Source: an uncultured virus (IMG/VR IMGVR_UViG_3300021399_000011) (taxonomy: Duplodnaviria > Heunggongvirae > Uroviricota > Caudoviricetes). From it: a stretch of 64,000 nucleotides of DNA. How positions within the stretch are numbered: the first letter of the stretch is position 1; each line of letters opens with the position of its first letter. The notes beneath the pieces were generated by a model that was not told the DNA's origin, made no database searches, and worked only from the letters and a program-made list of their open reading frames with translations. Shown piece after piece: positions 28,661-40,700 of this stretch. The stretch is taken from IMG/VR virus record IMGVR_UViG_3300021399_000011. One strand, written 5' to 3'. A program made the position numbers and the translations under genes.

Positions 28661-31409
28661 CAGACCTTCCTCTCAAACTTGCCACAGTCGCACGGTGCGC
28701 TGCGATGATGTGAGTAGTTCCTCGTGAATGGGCATCGCCCATAGTATTCCGACTTAGCCTCTTTCGCCCAGTGCTTACAGTCCTGACAATGGCTCCTCGC
28801 CATGCCAAACTGCTCACGGACTTCATCGGCGAGTTCTGCCAGATACTTCTCGATCCTTTCCTCGCGCCCATGCTTCGTGAACCACTTGGCTTTGAACGCA
28901 TCACGAGCCTCGTTCCAGTCCCCAACGCCGGTATCTGCGGATAAATACCACTCCCGGTCGTGGAACAGCTCGGCAAGGTCATGAACCAGTTCGTTCAGTT
29001 CCTTGTCACCGAAGTCATTCTCATGATCCTGAAGAGTGCAGTAAAAGTAATCAAGAGATCCACCGCTCATTCACTTCTCCCCTTTCCAAAAAATCTCAAA
29101 TAAATAGCTCGCCGTCAAAACGACGAATTGTGCCACATACACCCAATCAGGCACATTTGTTGTGCCGCGCATGATGGTAAGAGCCGCGCAGCCGATGATG
29201 TATACCATCCCACTCATGTTCCGCTCTCCCTTTTCTGATCTAACAGACTCATCTTCCACTCACGCCACTTCGGATCGGCTTCGGTGCAGTACATGCAGGT
29301 GCGCTCATCGACGCCCCATAGCTCATTCGGATGAAGTGAGCACATCGTAATGGATGCATTCCCATCGCGCTCGAAATACATATAGGGGCAGTTATCCATA
29401 GTTCGCACCCCACCACATCTTCGCCGCTTCCGGCGAGTCAAAGCTCAGATCACCCATTGCAAGAGCCTGGGCAACCCACGGCTTTCCGTAGGCGTAGCCG
29501 ACAGGATGAGACTCACCATCCTCGCCTATCTCATAGTTGACGTAGAGCATCAGCTCCGTGCTGTCATCACCGTAGGTAGTCATCTGGTTCTCTCCTTATA
29601 ATCCTGACACGGATAGTCACTTTTCAAACGATCCTCCAAGCTTTCATACGGACAATCCAACGCCCGGTCTTCGGCAAGATGGGCGACACAATATATACTG
29701 TCATCGACACACACCGCTTGCTCTTGACAGAACAGCGTTCTCATCCACTCTTCACACCCAATGTCTTTGTCCGGCTGTTCAAAATCTACTTCCCCATTGT
29801 GTTTCCAACAATGACCATAATCTTCGATCTCTTCTCCATCTCCACCATAATAGCAGTTGTAACAGGTATGCTTCATTCTTCCTCCTCAATATGTCTTATA
29901 TGAATGTTGATGGCAGTGACGGAACAAAGGGCTGTGAAAACCGCCAGATAAATCAGCAACTCTATCACTGCGACTCTCCATAGGTATCTTCGGCGCAGCC
30001 GTCACACATGAACCACCCACTACCGTCCGGTGCAAGATATTCGCCGTAGAATTTACAGAGCACCGAGTGCTTTTTCACTTCCAGATGCGGACAGTTCTTA
30101 TCGCAGTTGTATTTTGTGAACTCCGTTTTCAGTCGGCTTCGTGTGTCACGGTCAATTTGCATCCGCCTGTTCCTTTCTCGCCCGGTCAATGTTATACGGA
30201 TTCTCAATCCTGCGAACGGTCATGAAGTGGCTCAAAGCGTCGGCAAGAGCGACACCATATCCACGGCAATCAACATATGCAACGGTATCATGACCACAGT
30301 ACCACGCGATCTCGGCGGCATAGTCTCTTACGCTTTTTTTATTGTCGATTTGAGTGATAGTTCCAACGGCCTCGCCACGAATGGTTATGTACGCCTGCCC
30401 CATTTCGTTTCTCATGTAGTTCTCAATAAAAATAATCATTCCGTGTCCTGCTCTTTCTTAGCGATTCCATTCGCCCTATTTTTATATCTCTGCGGAAGGT
30501 CAAGCACCGTGATGAGAACGTTATCTGAGAAAATCCACACCTTTTCCGCATACACACGGATGTTATTGGCTTCCTCATTGTAGTGGTACAGATAGTCCAA
30601 ATAGCGCCGCAGACTCCCGGAGAAGTCATGCCTTGTGTAGCCCTCGGCCATAGCTTTCCGCGCTATCTTCTCCACGGCACTGCGGTTGACGCCGATGCGC
30701 TTGCGCATACGCTTGTCTGCATGGCGTGTGACTCTCACTGCTCCGCCCCCAATCTCTTCATGCGCTCGACGTTGGCTGCAAGAGACGCAAGCTGTTCATC
30801 CATGTCGTACCACTTTCCGTTGTCCGCGCTGAAAGCGTACAGTTCCCCCGCTACGAGAGGATACTTGATCCCATCGTCATCGAAGGAAATCTGCTCTTTG
30901 AGCCAGGAAAACAGGCTCTCGGCTTTCGCTCCGCTCCGAATGAAGATATAGAATGCGTAGCTCTCTATCTCTTCCAACGTGGGAGAATCCATGTAGTTCA
31001 TATCATCATCGAAGATGGCGACAGCCCCCATGCAGTCCTTCTGAAACTGCTCGTAGGCACGGCACTCTTCCTCGGACTCAAACTCGGTATCATCATCGGC
31101 AAAGTATTTTGTTTCAATTCTCATCGTATCGTCTCCCTTCTTATCTCTGAATTTGTGTTGTCTGTTTTGTCGGCACCACTCGCACGAGCCGTGGTTGCGG
31201 CAGGTACAGTCGTAGGATTTAGTCCCACGGTAAGGCTTGCGGTGTTCTTTACCGTACTCTATAGCTTTATCAAGACTCATTTGCGCCGCCTATAAAGCTG
31301 TTCCAGTTTACCCAGTTCTACAGCGGCAATCACAGCGCAGATAATTGCCACACTCAAGCACACTATTTTTACGAGTGTGAGGATCGTTGTCAGCGTTTCC
31401 ACCGTTCTC

Positions 31410-32342
31410 TCACCCCCTGTTATTGAAAACATTGGCGACCGCCATCGCCGGAGCATTCACATTGAAACGCGCAGCGTAGATTTTCGTGGTCGCCACGCTG
31501 CTGTGACCCATCGTCTCGGAAATCAGTTCCATCGGCACATCGTTCTCCAAAAGCACCGAAGCGTAGCAGTGACGGAGCGCATGAGACCGTGTGGCCTTTT
31601 CTTCACCAAGGACGGCCTTGGTGTAATACTTGATTCGCTCGGAGAGCTTGTCCCGATCCATCTGCTTCCACGTTCCGTCAGCTCCCACAGAGCCGAAGAG
31701 GAAGTCTTCATCTCCGACCCATGCAGGGCGAAGCCCGCTGTTCAAATACGCTCTCACGGCGTTCTGAGCCGCCTGAGAGAATACGACGGCGCGAGGCTTG
31801 TCGCCCTTAGTGTCCTGCGGATACGCCACACCGTTGACCCAATCCAGATCGACAGGGCGAAGAGAACGAAGCTCGGAGTTGCGAAGCCCGGACTGAAGAA
31901 GCATCGTTACCTCGGCCTTTTCCCGAAGCCAGGTCGGAGACTTCCGACCGTACTTGGGCTTGACGCAGTTGATAAGAGCCTCGGCGTCCTTATCGGTAAG
32001 GACGTGCTCGTACTGCTTATGCCGTGCCGTGTTCAGCTTTTTCTTCGGCGGCATCATCTCCATCTGGAAGAACGGCTCGGACACCGTTCCACGGGACATG
32101 GCGTGATTGGAGAGCGCCCGGATGTGCGTGAGGTACAGCGCAAGGCTCGTGAGCTGCACTTCGGAGTGGTCTTTGAAATTCCACACCGCGTCGGCAGACA
32201 CGTCCTCGAAACCGCCGTCCACCATGCTCTGGCGAAGCATCCGGTAGGTCTTGCTGTAACTGGTGATGCTGTCCTCGGACAACTCGTTGCGCTTCATGTT
32301 GGCGACGAAATCCGCCACCGCCTTATCGAATTTTTCAAACAT
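31410..32342 (-). CDS. Tyrosine recombinase (XerC/D-like), second recombinase of the phage
   Basis: SAM-like N-terminus; SGLRNSE (R), TKGDK (K), HALRH, MGHSS..TT.IY catalytic residues intact. Confidence 0.85.
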   Translation of the reverse strand: MFEKFDKAVADFVANMKRNELSEDSITSYSKTYRMLRQSMVDGGFEDVSADAVWNFKDHSEVQLTSLALYLTHIRALSNHAMSRGTVSEPFFQMEMMPPKKKLNTARHKQYEHVLTDKDAEALINCVKPKYGRKSPTWLREKAEVTMLLQSGLRNSELRSLRPVDLDWVNGVAYPQDTKGDKPRAVVFSQAAQNAVRAYLNSGLRPAWVGDEDFLFGSVGADGTWKQMDRDKLSERIKYYTKAVLGEEKATRSHALRHCYASVLLENDVPMELISETMGHSSVATTKIYAARFNVNAPAMAVANVFNNRG

Positions 32343-32369
32343 GAGATCCACTCCTTTCTCTTTTCACTT

Positions 32370-32400
32370 TATAGGGAACGAAAACGACGTTTTGCGTCAC
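32370..32400 (-). promoter_or_regulatory. Candidate phage-sigma promoter GTGACGCAAA-N10-CGTTCCCTATA
   Basis: Both boxes and the spacer length are identical to the copies at 46109-46139 and 46212-46242; just upstream of the recombinase RBS. Confidence 0.65.
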
Positions 32401-33283
32401 TTTCCGTTGACCATCTCATTGAGCTTTGCCACGGCCTCTTTCAGACTATCCGCATGGATTCTGTGACGGGTGAGTTCGTACTCGTCCCCGGCCAGATTGA
32501 GGTAGACCACGATGGTGAAGGTATCCTTCGTCACCTGGTTTTTAGGTACGCCTTTCAGTGCCACGATATGTCCTCCTGTCTTTAAAATTCGAGCGGAACC
32601 GAATCATAGCGGCTTACATACTCTTGCTGCACAGTGATGGTTGTGACTTTCCCCACTACCTGCGCCGGTGGAAAGTAACCGCCGTTGGCTTCGCACAGCA
32701 CTTTGGTCATGTTCTCCGACGCCAACCAGTTCTCACAGAACGCCGTGACCGGGTGGCTCCCGCGCCTATCCTCAACGTACAGCCGGTCTCCCCGCTTCAC
32801 ATCCTTGTCAAGCGGCAGTTCGTACAGATACGCCCGCCGGTCATCGCTGTGGTGCTTGCAGTACACAAGATTGCGATACTTCATTACCTATAACCTCCCA
32901 TATTGTTTTCCATGTATTCCAGAATCTGCTTGCGCAGTTTTACCGCTTCCTTGCGTGTGACACAGGCGAAGTCCGAAAGGATCTGAAGTTCTTCCTCGTC
33001 GCCACGGAATCGGCTGTATAACTCCGCGAGTTCTTCCACCGAATATCCGTGCATCTTTGTTGTCTGCGGTTCCCGGTAGACGCGCCGTTCAAACGGCTTG
33101 GTTATGTCCTCTCCGTTTGCCATCCGCTTACGCAGGACATCGTAGTTGAGACCGAATCTTCTGGCGAACTCTCCGGCAGTCATGACTTCATCGTGGTATC
33201 GGATGTAATACTTCGGTTTCGATGTGCTCACCACCATCCTCGTTTTCTGTGAAGATGATATGTATATTGTCAAGTGCGGATAA

Positions 33284-33326
33284 AAAAAGAACCGTGACAA
33301 TCCGTCACGGTTTTGTGTGGGTCTTG
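33284..33326 (-). terminator. Terminator preceded by CAAGACCCACAC box
   Basis: AACCGTGAC/GTCACGGTT stem with U tract on the - strand. Confidence 0.65.
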
Positions 33327-36259
33327 TTATGTTATGTGTGGATCACTCGAAGTTACTCCATATATTATGAATCTGGAATATGGCTACAGCAACTCCGTGC
33401 TCAATGCGCATCATGGAATGATCGGCTACCGCCATCATCTTTTTGAGGGTATTCTTTTCGGCTTCGTTCATATTCTCGGAGAAAAACGCAAGCTTTGCCT
33501 GCGTCCAATCAGATTCCGGGTCGAACACCGGGATGCCCAGCAGAATCACATCGGGATTGTTGGCAAGGATGTCGGCACACCTTGTCAGGAGTTTTGCCTT
33601 TCTCACGGCATCCCAGTTCTTTACCCCGTCGATGGTCTGCGCTCCGTCCGGTTCATCGCCGAAGAGAACGTCCTCGATGTTGTCATCGTTGATCCCCACA
33701 TCAGCGAGAATCTTTGCAGCTTCACCGGCGGTCATCGGCTTCTGGTCAGCGACAAAACGAAGCGCATCGTCAACGTCCAGCTCTACGCCGCCCTCGTGCG
33801 ACTCCATCATCTGCTCGGTCGCAAGACCAATCACGTTCCTGTCGGTGATTTCCGGGTGAGCTTTCATCAGCTTGCGAATGTAGCTGCGCTTGTAGTCGAA
33901 TTGATCCTGGTCGAAATATGCAAGAAGCTCGTCATGCTCCCGCATTTTCTCGACTTCCTTATCTACGGATTCCCAGTCCACATCGTCGAACATCTTGTCC
34001 CATGTGCTGTCGGCCATTACTCTTCATCCTCCAGACAGTGATAGTAGAATGTGACGGCCATTGTGCCGTCCTCGTTGTCCTCCATTTCGGTGTGGTGCGC
34101 ATCGTCACGCATGGCGTTCAGGATCGTCTGCGCATTATCGGTCAGCTCGCCGTCGCGCATGGTCACGCGCACCCACCACGGGTTATCGTTCCACCCGGAT
34201 ATGTCACTCTTCACAACACAAGGCTCATGGCGAAGCATTACCGCATTGTGCAGCAGCGTATCACGCGCCGTCTCATACCCGGCGCGGCTCCCCGTTGTGG
34301 TCTGCTCGCCATTCATGTGTTTTGTCCACGCCTCTCGCGGCGTCATCAGATTTTCTCCCATATATGTCCCCCGTTTCTGTGTGGTTCTTGATACTAATAT
34401 AATTATAGTGGACTGATATAGAAATATCAAGCCACATCTCGTTTGCGAACGGGAAGAAGGATCGCATCTCCCCTGTCGCTTGTGAAGTAGATCATGCGTG
34501 TTGTGCTGTTTCGCTCCGTGACGGCCTTGGCGTCGGGCAGACAGTCCATAACGTCTTTGAGAAATCCCGCATCCACCATCGGAAGATCTTCGCCGAAGTC
34601 GTATACAGACTGCGCTCCCCGCCAATTTCCGAGCTTCCGCTTTTTGATCTTCAGCTCTCCGGGTGTGGGGATTTCCACGTCCACAGGATCAGTGAAGTAT
34701 GTGCTGTTCGGGAACACCTTGTCCAGATCCATTCCTGGGACGCTCGCAAAGCCCTCCATAGGCTTTTTCAGCCGCACGGCTACATACCCGTCACAGACGC
34801 AGGAACGCCCCTCACTGTCCGTCCAGACGCCCTGCAAGCTTTTTCTGTGGTCGGGAATACGCTTGATGATCCGTTTGAACGCGGAGTACGCTGTGCCGCC
34901 CTTGGCCTTGCCCAGCTCGTCCTTCGCCATGTTGTAAATCTCCAGAGCGGGAAGCGCATCGTTCCACAGGTAGCGGTCAGAGGCACACAGGTAAAGCTCT
35001 GGGTCTTTCACCATCAGATTGTAAAGATCCCTTCCACCTACCTCGTCGCCCTTGTGTACGGCAAGGCAGGCAAGACGCAGGGCTTCGCTTGCGTTCTCGA
35101 ATAGTCTTTCAGTGTTCATCGTTTAGCCTCCTTATTCTCGTTGGTTTTCATCAGCGCCTTGGCGTAGGTCACGCTGTTTTCGGAAAACGCCTGCGGATTG
35201 TTGTTGTGGAACGACAGCGCTGCGCGGTCATACTTCTCGAAGACTTTCATGCAGTCCTCTCTACTCATGTCGGCCATTATTGTCCTCCTTTATCAATTCT
35301 ATCTCGTCTCCACGCATTGCTATCGGATGGTCTATGCCGTTCCACTTCACACTGTAGATATTCCAACTCCCGGAATCATCTGTCACTATTCCACGCTCGT
35401 ATCGCTCCGGCTCCACGTTTACAGCCTTTGCTCTCGGTGCGAGTGCCACCACGTCACCCTTGGAAAAACGCATCAAACCGCCTCCTCTCCCGGCATGAAA
35501 ATAACGACCCCCGAAAGATTGTGATTCGTCAGTGTCTTGCTTGCGTCAACCTTCATCGCAATTTCTCCTTTTTGAAAAGTCGATCCGCCGTTTCGAGCGC
35601 ATTCACAAAACGTGCGTCCACCGCATCGAAGTTCCCAGTATCTCCAAGACAATAAGCAACGCCGCGAAGCACTCCAATTTCGTTGAGGAGTTTTCTTTCC
35701 ATCCCCTCTGATTCATAGAACGCACAGTTTTTGAGAGTCCTTTCGTACACATCGACCATGCGATCCCTATGTGTTTTTCTTGCCAATTCCATTCGCCTCC
35801 TCTCCGGCCAGAAAAATCACACACCACGACAGGGTGTGGTTCAACAGGGATTTGCTTGCGAACCTGTCAGCCCTGTACGCGCTTGGAAACTCCTTTTCAA
35901 AGTAGAAGTCAGGCACGTCAGGCCAAATGCTATGCTTCTTGAATTTGTATTTCATGCGCCAACCTCCAAAACATATTGTAGATTTTCGCGTTTCTCCATC
36001 CGATAGAACGCCCAGTACATTTTCAAGACGCGGTTGTATCTCTTGGAACGCTTGATGCAGGAATACTCAAACGGACGGTAGTAGGGATTTCTCCTGGCGT
36101 TATTCTCCGCAAGGCAGTTCAGCTTGTTGAACGCCTCAATGCTGTTATTCGGGGTCTCGCTCAAGCGCAGATTCTCGCCGAGAAAATCAGACTTGATATA
36201 GCTGAATCGTTCCAAATCATCACCTCCAATAGCATTGTCCGTAGATTGTCAAGGGCATG

Positions 36260-36295
36260 AAAAAACCGCCCCGTAGGGCGGTCGTGTGGGTCTTG
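36260..36295 (-). terminator. Terminator preceded by CAAGACCCACAC box
   Basis: ACCGCCC-TACG-GGGCGGT followed by TTTTT on the - strand. Confidence 0.7.
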
Positions 36296-37141
36296 CGTAT
36301 TTATTTCAGCTCGTAGCCTATCAAGATTCCCTGATCTCGTTCATCGTCCCATTCGTACACGGGGCGAAGTTCATAGCCGTCGGCGTCCCAGCTCTCCCCG
36401 TTCCAGAAGTCCATGCCGTAGAGATTAAACCATTCCCCAAGAGCTTCCAGATTCTCGGTTGTGGGATTATCTATCGCGGCCTTGCGCAGCTCGTCATAGT
36501 TGTATCGTCCGACGTACACTGTTTACCTCCTCATCCGCACTCGTATTCCGAATACTCGATCCTGTCGAAGTTTTCCTTGATGCGAACGTCCAGTTCCTCC
36601 ACGATCTCGTCGTTCTCGTCGCAGACAAAGGCAAAGTCGGGGAAGTAGTTTTTGCCGTACTTCTTTTTGAAGCGCATGAAGGTGGGCCAGTCGTGATCCG
36701 CGATAGCCTGCTCCACCTTTTTGGCGTCGCCGTTGGAGCGCAGCAGCAGATGGTCATACCAGAAGTATACGATTTCCATACTCTCGGCCTCCTTTACGGT
36801 CAGCTATCGTAAACACCGTAGGTTTCAATTTCCTGTGCAGATGCAATGTGGAGCTGATCCCAAAGGGATTCTTTTGTCACGCCGTCCACCGCCCACTCAG
36901 CAATCAGACGCTCGGCCTCGGCCTTGTCGATGCAAACAGCCGGACCGTTTCCGAACCAATTGTCGTCAAATCCACCATTGGGGAAATAATAATTCTTTTT
37001 CATGTTTTCGACCTCCTTTGTGTAGTTTTCTATAGTATACACTGACGGGGAGCCTTTTACAAAAAGATTTCTCCGTCATTTTGCACAAATTTGTGTGGAT
37101 TTTCGTAGATGAATGGGACTGAATATTATTCATCCAGACAT

Positions 37142-37741
37142 TCAATCGCAATAGGCTCGGTAGTAAGCCTCGTAGTCCTTCCGCTTGCGCTCATTGACAG
37201 GTTCACGAGCTTCGCGGGCGGCGTCGATACACTCGTCCATCGTCACGCCCCAGTCGTTTTCGTCTCGCGGAGCCATGCGCTTCCAGTCATCCGCCGACAG
37301 ACCGGCAAGGGCGTCGATCAGGTATTCCTCCTTGTTTGTGTAGAGCTTGTCGAAGCCCAACCGCTTCGCCGTTTTACCGGGTTCCTTGCTAACGGTATAC
37401 TGCACTGTCCAGTTGCCGTCCTCAACGTAGAAAGTGTAGTTGAACTCTTCCCGCTGCGTGGGATCGCACTGTTCCCACGCTTCGCCACGGGAAGTGTAGG
37501 TCTTGCAGAAGCGGCTGTCGCGGCGCTTACTAATGTCCCAATCGGCGGGATCGTCGGGCTTGATCTCCGGGCCGAGGCAGGACAGATTTCCGAGAGCAAG
37601 CAGGCGCTCTACCTTTTCGGCGGTGTTGTAATACTTCTGGAGAATTGCGCCGTTCCACTCCAGATAGCCGTCAGAGTGACAATAAATCCGGGCGGTATCG
37701 TTATACCCCCGGACGATTCCGATTGTGCTTCTCGTGGACAA
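37142..37741 (-). CDS. Conserved phage early protein
   Basis: MSTRSTIG...IYCHSDGY....G..L...Y pattern recurring in phages; GGAGG RBS. Confidence 0.55.
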   Translation of the reverse strand: MSTRSTIGIVRGYNDTARIYCHSDGYLEWNGAILQKYYNTAEKVERLLALGNLSCLGPEIKPDDPADWDISKRRDSRFCKTYTSRGEAWEQCDPTQREEFNYTFYVEDGNWTVQYTVSKEPGKTAKRLGFDKLYTNKEEYLIDALAGLSADDWKRMAPRDENDWGVTMDECIDAAREAREPVNERKRKDYEAYYRAYCD

Positions 37742-40700
37742 TTTACATTACCTCCTTACCATTTTTCATTGAAGTGATGTTCCACTTCGACATAACCCTC
37801 CGGCACTTCGTTCTCCACGGAGATCAGATCACCAGCCCAGGCGCCGACAGATTCCAGATCATCCTCGCTGAAATAATCACCGCCGCCTTTTCCGTTTCCT
37901 ACGGCGGTCAGGAGCGGCAGCGGATGGACTACCCATCCATCTTCGTCCAGATCTTCCAGTGCGGCGTGATACTTGTCGCAGTTCATGCAAATGCGGCGTG
38001 TATGGTTGCACAGGATCGTCGCATAGAGCTTGAAATTGTCCGGGGAAGTAATCACTTCCGGCTCGGATTTCTCACCGTGGGCGGTTTCATAGGCTTTCAG
38101 AAGGATCGGATCAGTTTCGGGATATGGATAATACCGCCCATCTTCGCCGCGATACTTGTCCACGGCGTAGTCGCCAATCCACCAAAGGTGCTGGGGATTT
38201 TTGTACAGTTCTTCGGCCACGGCGTTGGGCAGCTCCGCGTTCCACCAGCTATGCTCCATGAGCTTCAGACCGCCGCGCTCTTTGGCTCGATACGCCCTAA
38301 AGTCTGTCTTCCCGTCCTTGCTCAAAACGGGGTAATAATACTGTCCCATATTTCAGTTACCTCCTTACAGATTTTCCAGAATGTCACTCACCGGGACGAT
38401 GAAATACTCATAGTTCCAGTGGCCGGTTGCCCCGTGCTCACGATAGCCGTTGTAGCGATCCGCGATTTTCTTTGCTCCATGCTGGCTGAACTGCCAGACC
38501 TCTTCCGGGAAATATCGGATATACTCGGCGCTGCACCACTTTTTGTCCAGGCATTTGCACATCTGATATTCGACGCGCCCTGTGAATTTGCTCTTTCGCG
38601 CCACATAGTATTTCATACGCCACACTCCTTTCCAGATTTCTTATCGGCTCAATGCGTCGTAGTCCTTCCAGCTTTCCTGCCTGTCATGCACAGGAATAGC
38701 GGCGTACAGATCGCCGCACAGCGCATGGAAACGGCTGTCAGAGGTTGCGGCGTAGTTGCCGCCCATCATCCACCCTGCACCCGTAGGACGCGCCACAGGC
38801 TCGATGTGGTACACGTCTCGGCCAAACAGATGACGCTTGACAACCTTGCACAGATTTTCAGGCGGATTGTTCTCGTCCACGTCCTCGAACCCGTCCGGGC
38901 AGAGTACCAGCAGACGCTTGTATCTGGAGGTAATCCCTCCGTTGGAACAGTCCGAAATGAAGTCGGAACGGTAGACAGATACGGGCAAGGCTTTCATGTA
39001 TCAAATTCCCCTTTCTTTTATCAGTTTTTTGAAAAGATTACTCGTGAGAATCGGTACTTTTGGCCGACTTCCATCCTTCTCGATGCGGACTACCGACTTC
39101 ACTGGGAAACCATGCGCATACCAACAATCCACGATATAAAAGCACAATTCTTCAAAGCTATCGCACTCGATAAAAGCTCCCTCTCCTGCGAATCCTTTCA
39201 CATGGTACAGGTTTCCGATGATTTCATGTGCCATTTTTACACCTCCATGTAGTTGCAGATTTTTGTGTTGAGCCGGACAAGCTCCTTGATGTAGTCATCA
39301 AGTTGGTCGTACAGGTTTCCGTCAACGACATAGCTTTTAGCTTTGCCGGTTTCTTCCATCAGTCTGATTACGGCGCTCGACATGATAGACAGCTCGCGGT
39401 CGGTAAATTCCATTACTGTTCCTCCTTTTCCGGGTAGTCCTTGATGATTTCTCCGTAGCACTCCGGGCACATGATTCTGTCGGTCTCGAAAGATCCGATC
39501 ATACCGTCGCGCAGAACCTTGTCCCACGCCTTACGACCCCACCGATCTATGAAACACTTTTCACAGAAGATTTTGCCGCAATCCTCGCACTCCCACATAT
39601 TGCCGTGAACATCGTCGTTCTCGTCGAACTTTGACTGGAACCCGCAGAAGTCACACTCATACATGTCTGTACCCATGATGTACATTCGCAGCACTTCCTT
39701 TCAGATTTTTACAGAGCCGCACGGCTCGTCGATGATCTCTCGCCAGTAGGACAGAATCGCCATGGCCGTGTTGGCCCTCATGTGCTCCACGACCTCTCCG
39801 GCATGATTTTTACGGCTTGCAAATCGGTCAGCGGCTTTCTGGTGCTTCGCAGCATACTCCGACAGCGCAGCGGCGACGATTTCTTTCTCCGTCTTTGTCA
39901 TATAGACCTCCTTTTCACTTGCCCATAGAAGCAAGGATCGTATCACGCGCCGTCGCCATGTCGTAGACACGGCAATAGTCTGCGTTGGTGATATTCATAT
40001 CATCGGCTGCCTGCTCCACAATCATGCAGAGCGTATCAAAGTCCTGCGCAGCGGCGATCATTTCTTTGTAGATTTCCATGTCAGTCCTCCTCATCGAAAA
40101 CAGAAATGTCAAAGATAGTTTCCGACACATCAAAGTCGGAAAGCGTCAAGGCTTTCCCCTTCTCCCATGCCTCATCTTCGTTCTCGGCTTCTACTGTGGC
40201 GTAGCCGTACAGATCGGCACAGATGACAAACTTTTTCATGTAGATCACTCCTTTCAGTGAACACCGCGAATAAAGTCTGAAGGTCTCATGCCCGGAGCGT
40301 CCCACGGATTGCTCGGCCCGTAGTCTGGATCGTCCTGAATTTCCAGATCAATGTCCTCGTCTTCGTCGAGTTCAAAGTCTTCCGACTCGTCCTCGCGGAT
40401 TGCATAGATTTCATCGGTATGGATATAGTATAAGTCGTCTGCAATCAGAAGATCAGGCGCACTGATTGTCAGCTCTGTGCAGTTCAGAACTCCGCCGTCG
40501 TTGTAGTATATTTTCATTCAGACACCTCCTCAAAAACTGAACATGATTGTGTAGCTCTCACAGTGCCGCTCGTCAAAGTACGCGGAGACGCGCTCCATAA
40601 AACTGTATGGGATGTAGTTGGCCCATCCTTTTTCATCGGTAGGGATCACATTCCCAAGTATGGTGCTCCACTTGTCCTCTACTTCAAGGTAGATTTCGAG

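Noticed and set aside
37645..39252. Long opposite-strand ORFs (also 1550-2962, 11732-12946, 16568-18124, 31377-32585)
   Set aside because: Antisense shadows of well-supported genes, lacking RBSs and protein-like composition.
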